Source: Planctomycetota bacterium (GTDB lineage Bacteria > Planctomycetota > SZUA-567 > H5-PLA8). From it: a DNA stretch of 64,000 bases. Below are positions 39,897 to 49,886 of this stretch, piece after piece. Every line of letters begins with the position of its first letter. Position 1 is the first letter of the stretch. Both the position numbers and the translations under genes were made by a program. The DNA lies in NCBI GenBank assembly GCA_038227875.1, contig JBBRPR010000013.1, positions 64,001 through 128,000 of the forward strand, written 5' to 3'. Below the pieces are notes generated by a model, which saw nothing but the letters and a program-made list of their open reading frames with translations, was not told the DNA's origin and ran no database searches.

Positions 39897-42845
39897 TTAA
39901 GGCTTCGCCGTCACCGCGGAAGTCCGAACTGGCGCGTCTTTCAACACGACTTTCTCCTCTGTGGCGTATCCGAGTTTTACGCTCAGGATGCGGTAGTTGG
40001 CGTAGTCGGCAATGAACAGCCGCCGGTCGGAATGCGTGGCCACGTAGCACGGTGCGGCCAGCGCCACTTCGTCGCCGCCCATGGCTCGCGGTGCTCCCGG
40101 TCCACCCTCGGCAATCAGTGGTGTGCCGCAGTCCACATTTCCATACCGGCCAATGCGCATGATCAGGCTGCCGTTGGTGTCCAGCACCGCCACCGTGGAT
40201 CGCCCCAGTTCCGTCACGAACGAGCGGGCGTACAGATCCAGCGCGCCGCGCGAATTCCAGCATGAACAATTCGGAGCCCAATGCGGAATGAAGCCGTCCC
40301 GCCCCACTCCGCCGTACATCCATTCCGCGCCTTCCACCCACGTGTTCTCGCCAAACGCCATGTCCACATCGGCCGGACGCTTCGGTGTCATTTCGGGCGA
40401 AAGCGGTATCGGGAGTTCCTTGCTGTGACTGATCACCTTGCCCACCTTCGGCTTGAACTTCATCAACGTTTCGGAGCACACCGGCAGAGTGTCCTTGCCG
40501 TCAATCAAGCGCCGGCCGGCAGCCAGAGCATAGATATTGTCGTCGCGGTCCAGGTTCATGCCGTCGGTCAAACTTAAGCCCGGCACCGCGTCCTGGTAGA
40601 TCGGCTTGCCGTGCTTGTCCCAGACATGCACCTCCGCGTAGCGTACCCGCCCCGGAAAATTCGATGGTTCGTAGGCCTTGCCCGCCTGCGATATGATCCG
40701 GGGCGCGTTGGGATCCAGAGCACGGGTATCTTTGATGTTGAAGCACGAGACCACAATGTTGCCCCGCGGCGAGACGCCAAACCCACCCAGATGAAACTGG
40801 CCCGGCTTGCCCGCGCCCGGCAGCGGAATCACCGCCAGCGTCGCGTGTGCGTCGCCATCGAATCCAGGATTGGTCATCTCATCGCCGTAGTCCCAGGGGA
40901 CCTCGCGCATGGTCGTCGGATCGTAGCGAGCCACCACCACGTCGGTCCGCAGGTAGATCAGCCCTTCCAGATCGAACGCAATTTCCTCCGTCGAGAACGG
41001 CAGCGTCATCGGCGTGCATTTGCCGGTAGCGGGATCGATTCGCAAGAGTTCCCGCGTCGATTTTCCCACGCCGCCGTCGCCTTCCATCACGTAAAGCATT
41101 CCGTCTTTCGGATTCACATAGAGTCGTTGTCGTCCGTGTGCCGGGCATTGCGGCGGCGTGATGCGCGTGATGGCTTCGCCGACATCTTTGGCGAAATTGA
41201 CTTTCTCTTCCAGTTTTCCGTTCTTCTCCACCAGGAGTTGATAGAAGGACTTTGCCCAGCCCTCAAATTGCCACTGCCCTTTGGAATAATCCCGCCGCTG
41301 CTGCATCACCTTTTCCGTGCTGTCGCCGGTGCCCGGAACCAGCCAGATCGTTGGAGGCTCGGTGTTGAAATCCATCGCGATTTCGTGGGTGTCGTACGTC
41401 CGGTTCATGAACGCCTGATCGGCGTAGCCGGAGAGCGTCAGCGGATACGTGGCCACGGTTTTCGGGTCGTCCACCGGCCCCAGATGCGTGAACGTGGCAG
41501 CCAGTTTGCCCTGAATCCGCGGCGTAACGTAAAACCACGATGCGAAATAGATGTGCCCGGTTTTGGGATGCACGAAGACCCGCAACGGCTTCACTGCGGG
41601 AACGCTCTTCACCAGTTTTCCATCCGGCGAGAGCACCTGGATTCGGTCGTTATCGTAATCGGCGACGTACACGCGGCCCTGGCTATCGCACGCGATGCTC
41701 ATGGGACTGCTGAACTGATTCTCTCCCGCGCCGCCTTTGTCGTACTGAAGACTGCCCGCCCACAATTCCGGGCCCTTGTCTCCCTCGTACGACATGCGCA
41801 GCACCGCCGGAATAAATCCGGCCGGTCGCGAATCCCCGTACGGCCAGCCGTACCGAAAGCCCGACAGGTAAATCCACTTGCCGTCCGGTGAAACCGCTGC
41901 GCTTTGCGGAATGCCTTCGTTGTGATTGACTCCAGCCGCGGGTTCAACCGTGGTCTTCGGCCCCTGCAGCGACAAGCCGTCCGTCGTGCCGTCGGAGGCC
42001 ACGCGATTCAGTGAGCGTTTGATCAGCGCGATGTGGCTGGGTTTTCCAGCCTCTGCCGGCAGCAGCGCCATGGCCGAAGCCGCCGCCCCGTACTTGGTGG
42101 GATTGATCCGGCCCGTGCCTGTTCCCGCGTCGTCGCCGGACGTCAGCAGCGTGCTGAACATCAACCCCTGCCACTCCGGATACAGCTTTCCGTCCTGAGG
42201 AAGTTCCAGCCACTTCAAGCCGACCACTTTGCTCAGCGCCGATTGCAGGCTCGTCGCCGAATTCGATTTGGCATCCGCAGAGGAATAGTCCGCGGGAAAC
42301 GGATACACGGTGCGAACGTAATTCCCCTGATGGTCGAACAGGCGCAGGTGATCCACGCCGCCGCCTTCGAACGCGTACATCCCTTCCGGACCGGCAGCGA
42401 AGATCGGCCGGATGCCCGGCGCGATGCGCTTCTTCGGGCTCCAGAACAACGTCCGCTCAAACTGCGGCTTCAATCCCAGTGAGACACGAATCACTTCTCC
42501 GTTCACGTACTCGCCCCGGTCGTCCTTGCCGTCCCAGACGATCCGCTGTTTCTTCGAATTTTTTTGAAACGGTTCCGGCGCGTTGGGCCCCAGCACGCCG
42601 CTGACGAAGTGTCGCAAAATCTTCCCGCCGGCGTCTTCGACCGCCACGGTCACATCGCAGAAGCCCACGGTTTCGAATTCAATCGACACATCTTTTTCGT
42701 TCAGACGTGAAACCACCGGCTTCTGCGCGAATTCAAAGACCTGCTCCCGCTTGATTTTGAATTCGTCCGCTTCCGCCGCGCAAACCTGCAGCGCCAGAAG
42801 TGATGGAAGCATACCGAGCAGTATGCATGCGAGTACCCTTCTCAT
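39897..42845 (-). CDS. Secreted protein with FlgD-like Ig domain and NHL/beta-propeller repeats
   Basis: Signal peptide; DVTVAVEDAGGKILRH..IVWDGKDDRG (FlgD-like); FSSPMSIACDSQGRVYVADYDNDRIQV (NHL). Confidence 0.8.
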   Translation of the reverse strand: MRRVLACILLGMLPSLLALQVCAAEADEFKIKREQVFEFAQKPVVSRLNEKDVSIEFETVGFCDVTVAVEDAGGKILRHFVSGVLGPNAPEPFQKNSKKQRIVWDGKDDRGEYVNGEVIRVSLGLKPQFERTLFWSPKKRIAPGIRPIFAAGPEGMYAFEGGGVDHLRLFDHQGNYVRTVYPFPADYSSADAKSNSATSLQSALSKVVGLKWLELPQDGKLYPEWQGLMFSTLLTSGDDAGTGTGRINPTKYGAAASAMALLPAEAGKPSHIALIKRSLNRVASDGTTDGLSLQGPKTTVEPAAGVNHNEGIPQSAAVSPDGKWIYLSGFRYGWPYGDSRPAGFIPAVLRMSYEGDKGPELWAGSLQYDKGGAGENQFSSPMSIACDSQGRVYVADYDNDRIQVLSPDGKLVKSVPAVKPLRVFVHPKTGHIYFASWFYVTPRIQGKLAATFTHLGPVDDPKTVATYPLTLSGYADQAFMNRTYDTHEIAMDFNTEPPTIWLVPGTGDSTEKVMQQRRDYSKGQWQFEGWAKSFYQLLVEKNGKLEEKVNFAKDVGEAITRITPPQCPAHGRQRLYVNPKDGMLYVMEGDGGVGKSTRELLRIDPATGKCTPMTLPFSTEEIAFDLEGLIYLRTDVVVARYDPTTMREVPWDYGDEMTNPGFDGDAHATLAVIPLPGAGKPGQFHLGGFGVSPRGNIVVSCFNIKDTRALDPNAPRIISQAGKAYEPSNFPGRVRYAEVHVWDKHGKPIYQDAVPGLSLTDGMNLDRDDNIYALAAGRRLIDGKDTLPVCSETLMKFKPKVGKVISHSKELPIPLSPEMTPKRPADVDMAFGENTWVEGAEWMYGGVGRDGFIPHWAPNCSCWNSRGALDLYARSFVTELGRSTVAVLDTNGSLIMRIGRYGNVDCGTPLIAEGGPGAPRAMGGDEVALAAPCYVATHSDRRLFIADYANYRILSVKLGYATEEKVVLKDAPVRTSAVTAKP

Positions 42846-42967
42846 GCGCGTCTCCTTCCATATGTGGTTCGCGCGGCCGATTGGACCTCGGCCTGTGAGA
42901 AAGAGTACACCAGAATAGTTTCACTACATACAAAAATCTTTCTATAAATTTATATTACAGATGCGTG

Positions 42968-44761
42968 TCATTTCTCCGGACGCGGCCCATACTGCGGAAG
43001 TTCCTCGCCCAACTCATACGCGCCCAGGTCGGGTGCCTTGCCTTTGAAACCGTCGTTGAAGCCGGGCAGCACCTCGCCCGCATCCACCGCCGCACTTTCA
43101 GGCTTCAACCGCGCATCGACCTTGGTATTCGAGAACTGGACCCCGCGGTCCTCCGGCGGACGCAGCCCCGAAGCAAACGCCGTGGCCGGATCCACCACCA
43201 CCGCATGTTTGTAGCACGGCGCGTTCGGGGCGCTCTTGAGCTGCTCCAGCGTGTCGAACTTCGCGCCGTTGTATTTCAGGAACTTCTCCCACGGTCCGCC
43301 GCCGAAGCCGTCGTAATCGAAATCGCAGCCCAGCATCTTCGGATCACATTCAAACGCGTACGTGCTCTTGGTACCGATGAACAGGTTGTTCCGCTGCATG
43401 CAATTGCGTACAGGCTCCGGCGTCCACACCGCCCACGCGTTATCTTTCTTGACGACGGTGTTGTGGAAAAAAATCGCGCCGGACGGCGAGTTGTGATACT
43501 TGAACGGCTCTTCCCCGCAGTTGTAGACCACATTGCGGAACACGTACACCGGACCGCCGAAAATCGGCTGCACGGAAATCCCCTGGAACACGTTGGTGAA
43601 GCGGTTGAAAAAGCAGCGCGTATTCCGCTCGGAATAATCCATCTCGATGCCGTCGTCGTTCGATTCACTGCAATCGTTGTGATGAAAGTCGATCGCGCAG
43701 GTGATGCTTGAAGGACTCACGTCGAGCGCATCCTTAAAATGGTGGATGCGGTTGTAGCAGATGTCGTGACCGCAACCGGCCAGCTCAATGCCGCGCCATT
43801 CCGTCTCCCAGAGTTTCTCCCACTCCTTGTTGTGATTGCCCACCGGGCCGCAGTCGAGCCACGAATAGAACTGTCCTTCGAGCAGATTGTCCGCGATGAA
43901 AAATCCGGTGCAGTGTTCTTTCCGGTTTCCCGACGCCGTGATGCCTTCGTTGATTTTGTAAAAGTGACAGCGGCGAATGACCAGGCGCTGACCGTCGTGG
44001 GCGACCAGACCCCACTCGGAATTCCGCACGCTCAATTTCTCAAACCAGACGTCGTGAGCGTCATTGGCCGTAATTACATTCCCCTTGCCCGTTCCTTCGA
44101 TCACGGACTCGCCATCCCCCGCCCCGCGCCAGATGATCGGTTTGCCCTGCTCGCCGGACTTTGTGATTTCCCAGACACCACCGTAGACGCCGGCATGCAC
44201 GAGAAACAAATCCCCCGGCTTTGCCGCCGCCTGGGCTGCAGCCAGGCCTTTGAACGGATCTGATGCACTCCCGCTTCCGCCGCCCGCTCCCGGAGCGACG
44301 TGAAGCGTATGCATGTCTTTGGGCGCCACCGGCTCAGCGTTGGTTCTGCATTTCAGCACGCGCTCCGCGCTGCCGCCATCCGGATCGGTCAGTGAGAGCT
44401 GCAGCTCGTAATCAGTATCCGGAGTCAACAACACCACGCTTCCCGCGAATAGCCACGCGCCTTCCGGCACATCAAGCTTGCTGTGATGCTTGTCTTTCAT
44501 GCGGATGCCGTTGTGTGCGCCCTTTTCGACGCGCAGCATCGGCATGCTCTTGGTCCACGCGGAAGTTCCCGCTTTTCGGTACGCCATACCCACCGCGGCG
44601 TTGGAATTGTCATCGCCTTTAATGATCCAGTACGCGCCCAGCGAGTGCAGCGTCGGCGGATCGAGCACCGGATCGGCCAGCGGCGACGACGCATTCTCCG
44701 CCCACACGCTGGCAGCCAACAGCAACGTCATCCCCAAAACAGTGCAGCGATGTCGAATCAT
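42968..44761 (-). CDS. Secreted right-handed beta-helix (pectin-lyase fold) protein
   Basis: Signal peptide; HVAPG..GSASDPF..A..AKPGD..VHAGVY; repeated I..N.I units; C-terminal SAAVDAG..APDLGAYE. Confidence 0.8.
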   Translation of the reverse strand: MIRHRCTVLGMTLLLAASVWAENASSPLADPVLDPPTLHSLGAYWIIKGDDNSNAAVGMAYRKAGTSAWTKSMPMLRVEKGAHNGIRMKDKHHSKLDVPEGAWLFAGSVVLLTPDTDYELQLSLTDPDGGSAERVLKCRTNAEPVAPKDMHTLHVAPGAGGGSGSASDPFKGLAAAQAAAKPGDLFLVHAGVYGGVWEITKSGEQGKPIIWRGAGDGESVIEGTGKGNVITANDAHDVWFEKLSVRNSEWGLVAHDGQRLVIRRCHFYKINEGITASGNRKEHCTGFFIADNLLEGQFYSWLDCGPVGNHNKEWEKLWETEWRGIELAGCGHDICYNRIHHFKDALDVSPSSITCAIDFHHNDCSESNDDGIEMDYSERNTRCFFNRFTNVFQGISVQPIFGGPVYVFRNVVYNCGEEPFKYHNSPSGAIFFHNTVVKKDNAWAVWTPEPVRNCMQRNNLFIGTKSTYAFECDPKMLGCDFDYDGFGGGPWEKFLKYNGAKFDTLEQLKSAPNAPCYKHAVVVDPATAFASGLRPPEDRGVQFSNTKVDARLKPESAAVDAGEVLPGFNDGFKGKAPDLGAYELGEELPQYGPRPEK

Positions 44762-44870
44762 TGCGTGTCACCTCGTCCAGTGTCGGCTTCCACTCTCCAT
44801 ATCTTTCCTGAGAAATCTTTATGGGAGATTTTTGGCAGGAACCCGCCGCCTGGCCTGCTACATTTGCTGC

Positions 44871-45323
44871 ATGGAACCCTTGATCGAAATTGCTCGTGCC
44901 GACCGCCCGGACGCCGTCGCCTTGATCGCCGCGCTCGACACCTATCTCGAAGCGCTCTACCCGGCAGCCAGCAACCATCTGCTCAGCGTTAGCGAATTGC
45001 TCAAACCGGAATTCGTCTTCCTGTTGGCAACCGTCGAGGGTCAGACTGTCGGCTGCGGCGCACTGCGAAATTGCGGGGAGTATGGCGAGATCAAACGAAT
45101 GTTCGTGAAACCCGAGCAGCGTGGGAAGCGCATCGGCGTGCAGTTGCTCTCGCGGTTGGAAAAACTCGCCGCGGAACAAGGTCTGCGCGTACTGCGCCTG
45201 GAAACAGGCGTCGCGCAGCCGGAATCGCTCCGGCTTTACGAACGCTGTGGCTACCACCGCATCGGCGCGTTTGGGCCGTACACGGAAGATGCGCTCAGTC
45301 TGTTTTACGAGAAGACGCTTTAA
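44871..45323 (+). CDS. GNAT family N-acetyltransferase
   Basis: VGCGAL, GEIKRMFVKPEQRGKRIG, LRLETGVAQPESLRLYERCGY, SLFYEKTL. Confidence 0.9.
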   Translation: MEPLIEIARADRPDAVALIAALDTYLEALYPAASNHLLSVSELLKPEFVFLLATVEGQTVGCGALRNCGEYGEIKRMFVKPEQRGKRIGVQLLSRLEKLAAEQGLRVLRLETGVAQPESLRLYERCGYHRIGAFGPYTEDALSLFYEKTL

Positions 45324-45326
45324 AGT

Positions 45327-46145
45327 TCAGGACGCGACGCGTTCCACCGCAAGCAAGCGACGCTGCCGCGCCAGCCGTTCGGCGGGCGTCGTGTTCTTGC
45401 TCGAAAGTCCCGCACCCAGGCGCCGCAATTCCTCGCTCCGCGGCGGCGTGTAGACATCCAGCAGCAGGCGCTGCCGCCGTTTGAGCGTCTCGGCCGAGGC
45501 GTAAAGCTCCGTCACCTTCTCGCGCGTGATGCGCATCGCCACCGTGTCCGCTTCCTTGAATCGAGCGTCGCGCACCGGCTGGCCAAACGGCACGAACCCC
45601 AGGCACCGCTCGTAGAAATGCTGGTGCGACGGCTTGAGCGTCACAATCGCGTCGGTCGCTTGAGTGAAGTGCAGCAGGAACAGCGTCGCCTGCCGGAACA
45701 TCTGCAGAAACACTTTCGACGACGTCTTCTCACGCTCCAGGCTCACCGCCAGCGAACACACTTCGCACGGCGAGCGGCCGAGGCTGCGCAGCGCCTCCAA
45801 TTCGTTCGCGTAGAGGCTTTCCATCGGCAGTCCGCGCGCCGAATCAGTCACCACGGAAACGGTGCCGTGAACCACATGATCCTCGCGCGCGATGAAGACA
45901 GTCGCCTGATCGAAGCTGTGATGCTCCGTAAAGAACGGCTGCGACTCGCCGTGGCTTTCATCGAGATACCCCGCCTCGCGGTACATCCGCGCGACCAGCA
46001 TTCCGGCTGCGTAACGCTCACCGGGCGTCGTTGCCATGCTCACATCCAAGCCGGGATTTTGGCACTCACGCGGACTAAGCCGATCGCCAGTCTGAGCATG
46101 AAGGGCGAGCGATTGAAGCCGCTGGGAGATTCCGGTGGTCTGCAT
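45327..46145 (-). CDS. FeeM-like N-acyl amino acid synthase (GNAT-fold N-acyltransferase), copy 1
   Basis: LVARMYREAGY, GTVSVVTDSARGLPMESLYANELEALR..CEVCSLAV, VTLKPSHQHFYERCLGF. Confidence 0.78.
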   Translation of the reverse strand: MQTTGISQRLQSLALHAQTGDRLSPRECQNPGLDVSMATTPGERYAAGMLVARMYREAGYLDESHGESQPFFTEHHSFDQATVFIAREDHVVHGTVSVVTDSARGLPMESLYANELEALRSLGRSPCEVCSLAVSLEREKTSSKVFLQMFRQATLFLLHFTQATDAIVTLKPSHQHFYERCLGFVPFGQPVRDARFKEADTVAMRITREKVTELYASAETLKRRQRLLLDVYTPPRSEELRRLGAGLSSKNTTPAERLARQRRLLAVERVAS

Positions 46146-46282
46146 GGCGCCTCACTTTCCGGGAAATTGAGTTGTCGTTACTACCACACCAGTCCGACCC
46201 CGCGTGCCTTCCGCCCACAAATGGAAAATACAAAAACTGTAAATCTGATAGGTGCACGTGGGCAAAAACGCGTACGAAAATG

Positions 46283-46313
46283 GATATAATTATATCATAG
46301 GGACTATAGTCCC
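46283..46313. promoter_or_regulatory. Two adjacent perfect 14-bp palindromes (GATATAATTATATC; GGGACTATAGTCCC), candidate operators
   Basis: At 46283-46296 and 46300-46313, in the AT-rich spacer upstream of the FeeM-like gene. Confidence 0.6.
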
Positions 46314-46331
46314 CATGTTGACTTTTGACCC

Positions 46332-47162
46332 TCAGGACAGTTGGCCACAAGTTTCGGCGACGCTCCAGCTCACCGGATCAACGACCACCATCGCCGGCGC
46401 CAGCGGCACCGCTTCCCCCCTTATAAGGTGGACGAGCAACGAAGCCGTCAGCGACGCCGCCGAGAACGTCCCCGCGCCGAGCTGTGAAATCGGACACGGC
46501 TTGCGATCCCGAATCTGCGCGAACTGCGCGTGCACGACTTCCGCGACATACGGCGGCAGCCCGTCGCCCAACTTCGCCAGCGCTTCCAAAAAGAGCGCCG
46601 AATACGTGATGCCTTCCGGCACGTCGCCGTCTTTCAGTCCGACCAGATCGTGCAGCGACGCGCCGCCCTTGTTCGGATCGAACACCAGCGCCGCGCTGCC
46701 CCACCCCGCGGCCACCGGCGAGATGATCGGAATCCCGCGCCGCCGCGCTTCGCTGTGCAGCGCCAGGATGGCCGACGCGTCGAGAAAATCGATGCTGTCG
46801 ACGATCACGTCAATCTCTTCCATCAGCGCGGGGATATTCCCGCCGTCGAGCATGCACGGCAACGCTCGCGCATGAATGTCCGGATGAATCGCGCACAACC
46901 GCGCCGCCAGCCGTTCGGCCTTGTTGCCGCCGACGTCGCTGAAATCAAAAAGCTGCCGGTTGAGGTTATGGACGTCGACGCTGTCCCCGTCGGCGACGGT
47001 GATCTCGGTGAAGCCCGTCCGCGCCAGAACCTCGGCGATCACGCTGCCCAGGCCACAGCCGGCGACCAGCACGCGCGCACGGCGAATCTTCTGCTGCACG
47101 TCCTGGCCGAGAAAACCTGTATTGCGGGAGGTCCACGTCGCGTATTCGGCGGTCGCATGCAT
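46332..47162 (-). CDS. ThiF-family adenylyltransferase (non-canonical, no Zn CxxC), copy 1
   Basis: SRNTGF..QQKIRRARVLVAGCGLGS, ADGDSVDVHNLNRQ, NKAE, VIVDSID, PISQLG. Confidence 0.88.
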   Translation of the reverse strand: MHATAEYATWTSRNTGFLGQDVQQKIRRARVLVAGCGLGSVIAEVLARTGFTEITVADGDSVDVHNLNRQLFDFSDVGGNKAERLAARLCAIHPDIHARALPCMLDGGNIPALMEEIDVIVDSIDFLDASAILALHSEARRRGIPIISPVAAGWGSAALVFDPNKGGASLHDLVGLKDGDVPEGITYSALFLEALAKLGDGLPPYVAEVVHAQFAQIRDRKPCPISQLGAGTFSAASLTASLLVHLIRGEAVPLAPAMVVVDPVSWSVAETCGQLS

Positions 47163-47188
47163 GGGGCAGTCTCCAAAAAAGGTGAACG

Positions 47189-48655
47189 TCAGTTGCCGTA
47201 GGTGATGCGCAAATTGTCGATCAGAAAATTCGCGCCGTAGATTTCATAGAACTCGACAGACTTCGCATCGGTCCACGCGGGCGCCTTTGATTCTTCGAGG
47301 TAATCGCCGCGCTGCACGCCGTCGTAAAGCGAACGGGTGATGACGACGCCGTGGTCTTCGCGCACGGTCCGTTGGACATGAATCCAGACGCCGCCCTTCC
47401 ACGTCGTCGGCACGGTGTCCTTCTGAAGTTTCAGAATGTCACGGGTCGGTCCGCCGGCATTGCGGCCGGTCCAGATCCCGATGCTCATGGTGTTGGGATC
47501 GAGCACCCAGAGCTCGAATTCAAATTTGACCGGCAACTGCGTGACGGGAATGCCAGTCTTCAGAAACAGACTCGCGCCAGAGGCCGGAAACTTCAGCGCG
47601 CCCGACCCATCCTTGCCGGACTTGGTCACGAAAGTCGGCAGCGGGAAGTTGGCGCGCAGTTCGCCACTCGCCCAATGCCCCCGGTCGACAAATTCCGCCC
47701 CAAGTCCCGTGTCGAAATTCCAGTTCAACACCGTCGGCGCCGGGACGGCCGGAACTGCCGGAACTGCCGGAGCTGCCGGCGTTGGCAGGGCTGCCGGGGC
47801 GACCAGCGGAGCAGGCGGCGCGGAAGGCGTTCGAGTTAATGCGAATACTCCAGCCGCCGCGAGTGCCACGGTGACGGCCGTCGCGGGCATCCAGCTCCCC
47901 GTTTTGCCCGCGCGCGCCAGCCGACCTGTTCGTTTTGACAGTTCGCGGGCCGCATGCATTCCGGGACCGTCGAGACGGCTGAGAATCTTCGCCGTCAATT
48001 CCGGCGGGCAGGTGTGGCCGCCACGCGCGGCTTGCGTCAGCGCTTCCATGCTCGCCCCGGCCAGCGGAATCGCCGCCGCTAGTCCGGCACGCGTAAGACT
48101 GGAACGGAGACGCTCCAGCGCCTTCTGAATTTTCTCCGTCACGCTCGAGCGCGAGAGGCTGAACGTTTCCGCGATGTGCTGGTGCGTCATGTTCGCACCG
48201 TAGCAGCACGTCAGGAGCTGGCATTCCAACTCCGGAAGCGTGTCGAGATGCTGGCGCACCGCCGCGATCAACTCCGCGTTGGCGGCGGAGTCGGCACCGG
48301 AAGACTGCAGCTGGTTGCGCTCCGCGCTCACCCGCTCCTCCCGCTTGGCGCTCTGGTTCAGGCTGCGGCGCAGATCGATGCTTTTGTGGATGATGATTCC
48401 CATGATCCAATTCTCGGCATTGCCACGTTGTTTGGGGAGTGCGGACGGCTCAGTCAGCCAGATGGCGAGCATCGCGTCCTGGACGGCGTCTTCAGCGAGT
48501 TCAGACTTTCGCAGAATGCGCACGGCGAAGCTGTACGCGCGGTCGCGGTGGCGTTCACACAACTCCGTGAACGCCGCCCGGTCGCGCCGCGTCGCGATGG
48601 CCTCCAGCAGTGCCGCGTCCTCAAGTCCGCTCATGTCCGCCTGGTTCCTGTCCAT
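47189..48655 (-). CDS. ECF sigma-70 factor with TM helix and C-terminal extracytoplasmic domain, paralog 1
   Basis: DRAAFTELCERH..AEDAVQDAMLAIW (region 2), region 4 HTH, TM helix, Pro/Ala linker, beta-rich C-domain. Confidence 0.85.
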   Translation of the reverse strand: MDRNQADMSGLEDAALLEAIATRRDRAAFTELCERHRDRAYSFAVRILRKSELAEDAVQDAMLAIWLTEPSALPKQRGNAENWIMGIIIHKSIDLRRSLNQSAKREERVSAERNQLQSSGADSAANAELIAAVRQHLDTLPELECQLLTCCYGANMTHQHIAETFSLSRSSVTEKIQKALERLRSSLTRAGLAAAIPLAGASMEALTQAARGGHTCPPELTAKILSRLDGPGMHAARELSKRTGRLARAGKTGSWMPATAVTVALAAAGVFALTRTPSAPPAPLVAPAALPTPAAPAVPAVPAVPAPTVLNWNFDTGLGAEFVDRGHWASGELRANFPLPTFVTKSGKDGSGALKFPASGASLFLKTGIPVTQLPVKFEFELWVLDPNTMSIGIWTGRNAGGPTRDILKLQKDTVPTTWKGGVWIHVQRTVREDHGVVITRSLYDGVQRGDYLEESKAPAWTDAKSVEFYEIYGANFLIDNLRITYGN

Positions 48656-48685
48656 TGTCTTCGTCTTTCAACAGTGTCTCGGAAC

Positions 48686-48719
48686 CGATCGCGAGTTGGT
48701 CGGAAGAAAGTTGAAAAAT
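48686..48719 (-). promoter_or_regulatory. Conserved upstream motif shared with 56152-56185 (probable ECF autoregulatory promoter)
   Basis: ATTTTTCAActtTCTTCCGaCCAACTcgCgATCG; 27/34 identical to the element upstream of ECF paralog 2. Confidence 0.6.
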
Positions 48720-48740
48720 CTTTTCAGGCGGGCGAAATAC

Positions 48741-49805
48741 CTATGACCGGGGGCGGGTCAGCAACGCCTGTTTAAAGCGTTCCAGCAGCTCTTCAGTGTA
48801 GCAGGCCCGCGCCGCACACCGCAGCAGATTGTGCCGGGGCTCTGACGGATATTTGAAGTAAGGCGCGACCAGGCCGAAGGTTACCAGATGCGCGGCCAGT
48901 GCCGCGGCTTCGTGTTCATCTTTGAGCATCAGCGCGACAATCGGCGAATCCGGACAGACTACGCCCAACCCCGCCGTGCGCGCCGTCTCCCGCATGAACG
49001 TAGCGTGTTTCCACATTTTCTCGCGCAGACCGGGCTCAGTCCGCACGATTTCCATCGCCTTAACGCACGCCGCCGAGATCGGTGGCGGCGGCATCGACGC
49101 GCCAGAATTGTGCGACGAACGCCGGTACTGCTCCACGCGTTCGCGGCTGCCGAGCAGGAATCCACCGTTACATCCCAGCGCCTTGCTCATGCTGCCCAGA
49201 ATCACCGCGTCATTGGGCTGCAACCCGCACGCTTCCGCCGCGCCGCGTCCGGATTTTCCCAGCGCGAAAACGCCGTGCGCATCGTCGATGAACAATTCCG
49301 CGCCATGCGCCTTGGCCACGGCATAAAGTTCCTGCAGCGGCGCGACCTCGCCGCTGATGCCGTAAACACCGTCGGTGGCGACAATCGGTGGCGGTCCGGA
49401 ATGCGCGGCAAGCTGACGCTTCAAGTCCGCGGCATCGAGGTGCTTGAAACGCCGGATCGTGAATCCGGCCGACTTCATGCCCATGTACTGATTGGAGTGC
49501 ACCGTCTCATCGCAATAAACGGTGTCAGATTTCGTCCGCGCAACTTCGTAGTACACGGCGCCGCCCAAGTACGTCGCGCCGAGAATACAACTGTCCTCCG
49601 CGCCAAAGTACGCCGCCAGATCGGACTCCAGGCGTGCATGAATTTCCGTCCAGCCCAGCGCCCAGCGGGAGCTCATCGACGACACCCCGTGCCGCCGCGC
49701 GCCCTCGTACATGGCATCCGCCAGGCGCGGATCGCCCGCCAATCCGAGGTAATCGTTTCCAGCGAACGCGGTTTTTCCGGGCGTCAGAGCGATCTGCGGC
49801 GGCAT
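48741..49805 (-). CDS. PLP-dependent alpha-oxoamine synthase (BioF/Kbl/SPT family), divergent
   Basis: FAGNDYLGL, HARLE..LA, FKHLD, TDGVYGISG, FIDDAHG, GSMSKALG (PLP Lys). Confidence 0.85.
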   Translation of the reverse strand: MPPQIALTPGKTAFAGNDYLGLAGDPRLADAMYEGARRHGVSSMSSRWALGWTEIHARLESDLAAYFGAEDSCILGATYLGGAVYYEVARTKSDTVYCDETVHSNQYMGMKSAGFTIRRFKHLDAADLKRQLAAHSGPPPIVATDGVYGISGEVAPLQELYAVAKAHGAELFIDDAHGVFALGKSGRGAAEACGLQPNDAVILGSMSKALGCNGGFLLGSRERVEQYRRSSHNSGASMPPPPISAACVKAMEIVRTEPGLREKMWKHATFMRETARTAGLGVVCPDSPIVALMLKDEHEAAALAAHLVTFGLVAPYFKYPSEPRHNLLRCAARACYTEELLERFKQALLTRPRS

Positions 49806-49886
49806 GGTTTTTCGTCTCCCGAATGGAGGCGGATTTATACACCGCTCACATTTGGCAGCGAACTAAAAACAAGAATTTCAGCGCGA

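Noticed and set aside
46332..47162. Canonical thiamine/molybdopterin ThiF/MoeB or a ubiquitin-like defence E1
   Set aside because: No Zn-binding CxxC pairs, and no ThiS/MoaD, E2, JAB or cyclase genes nearby.
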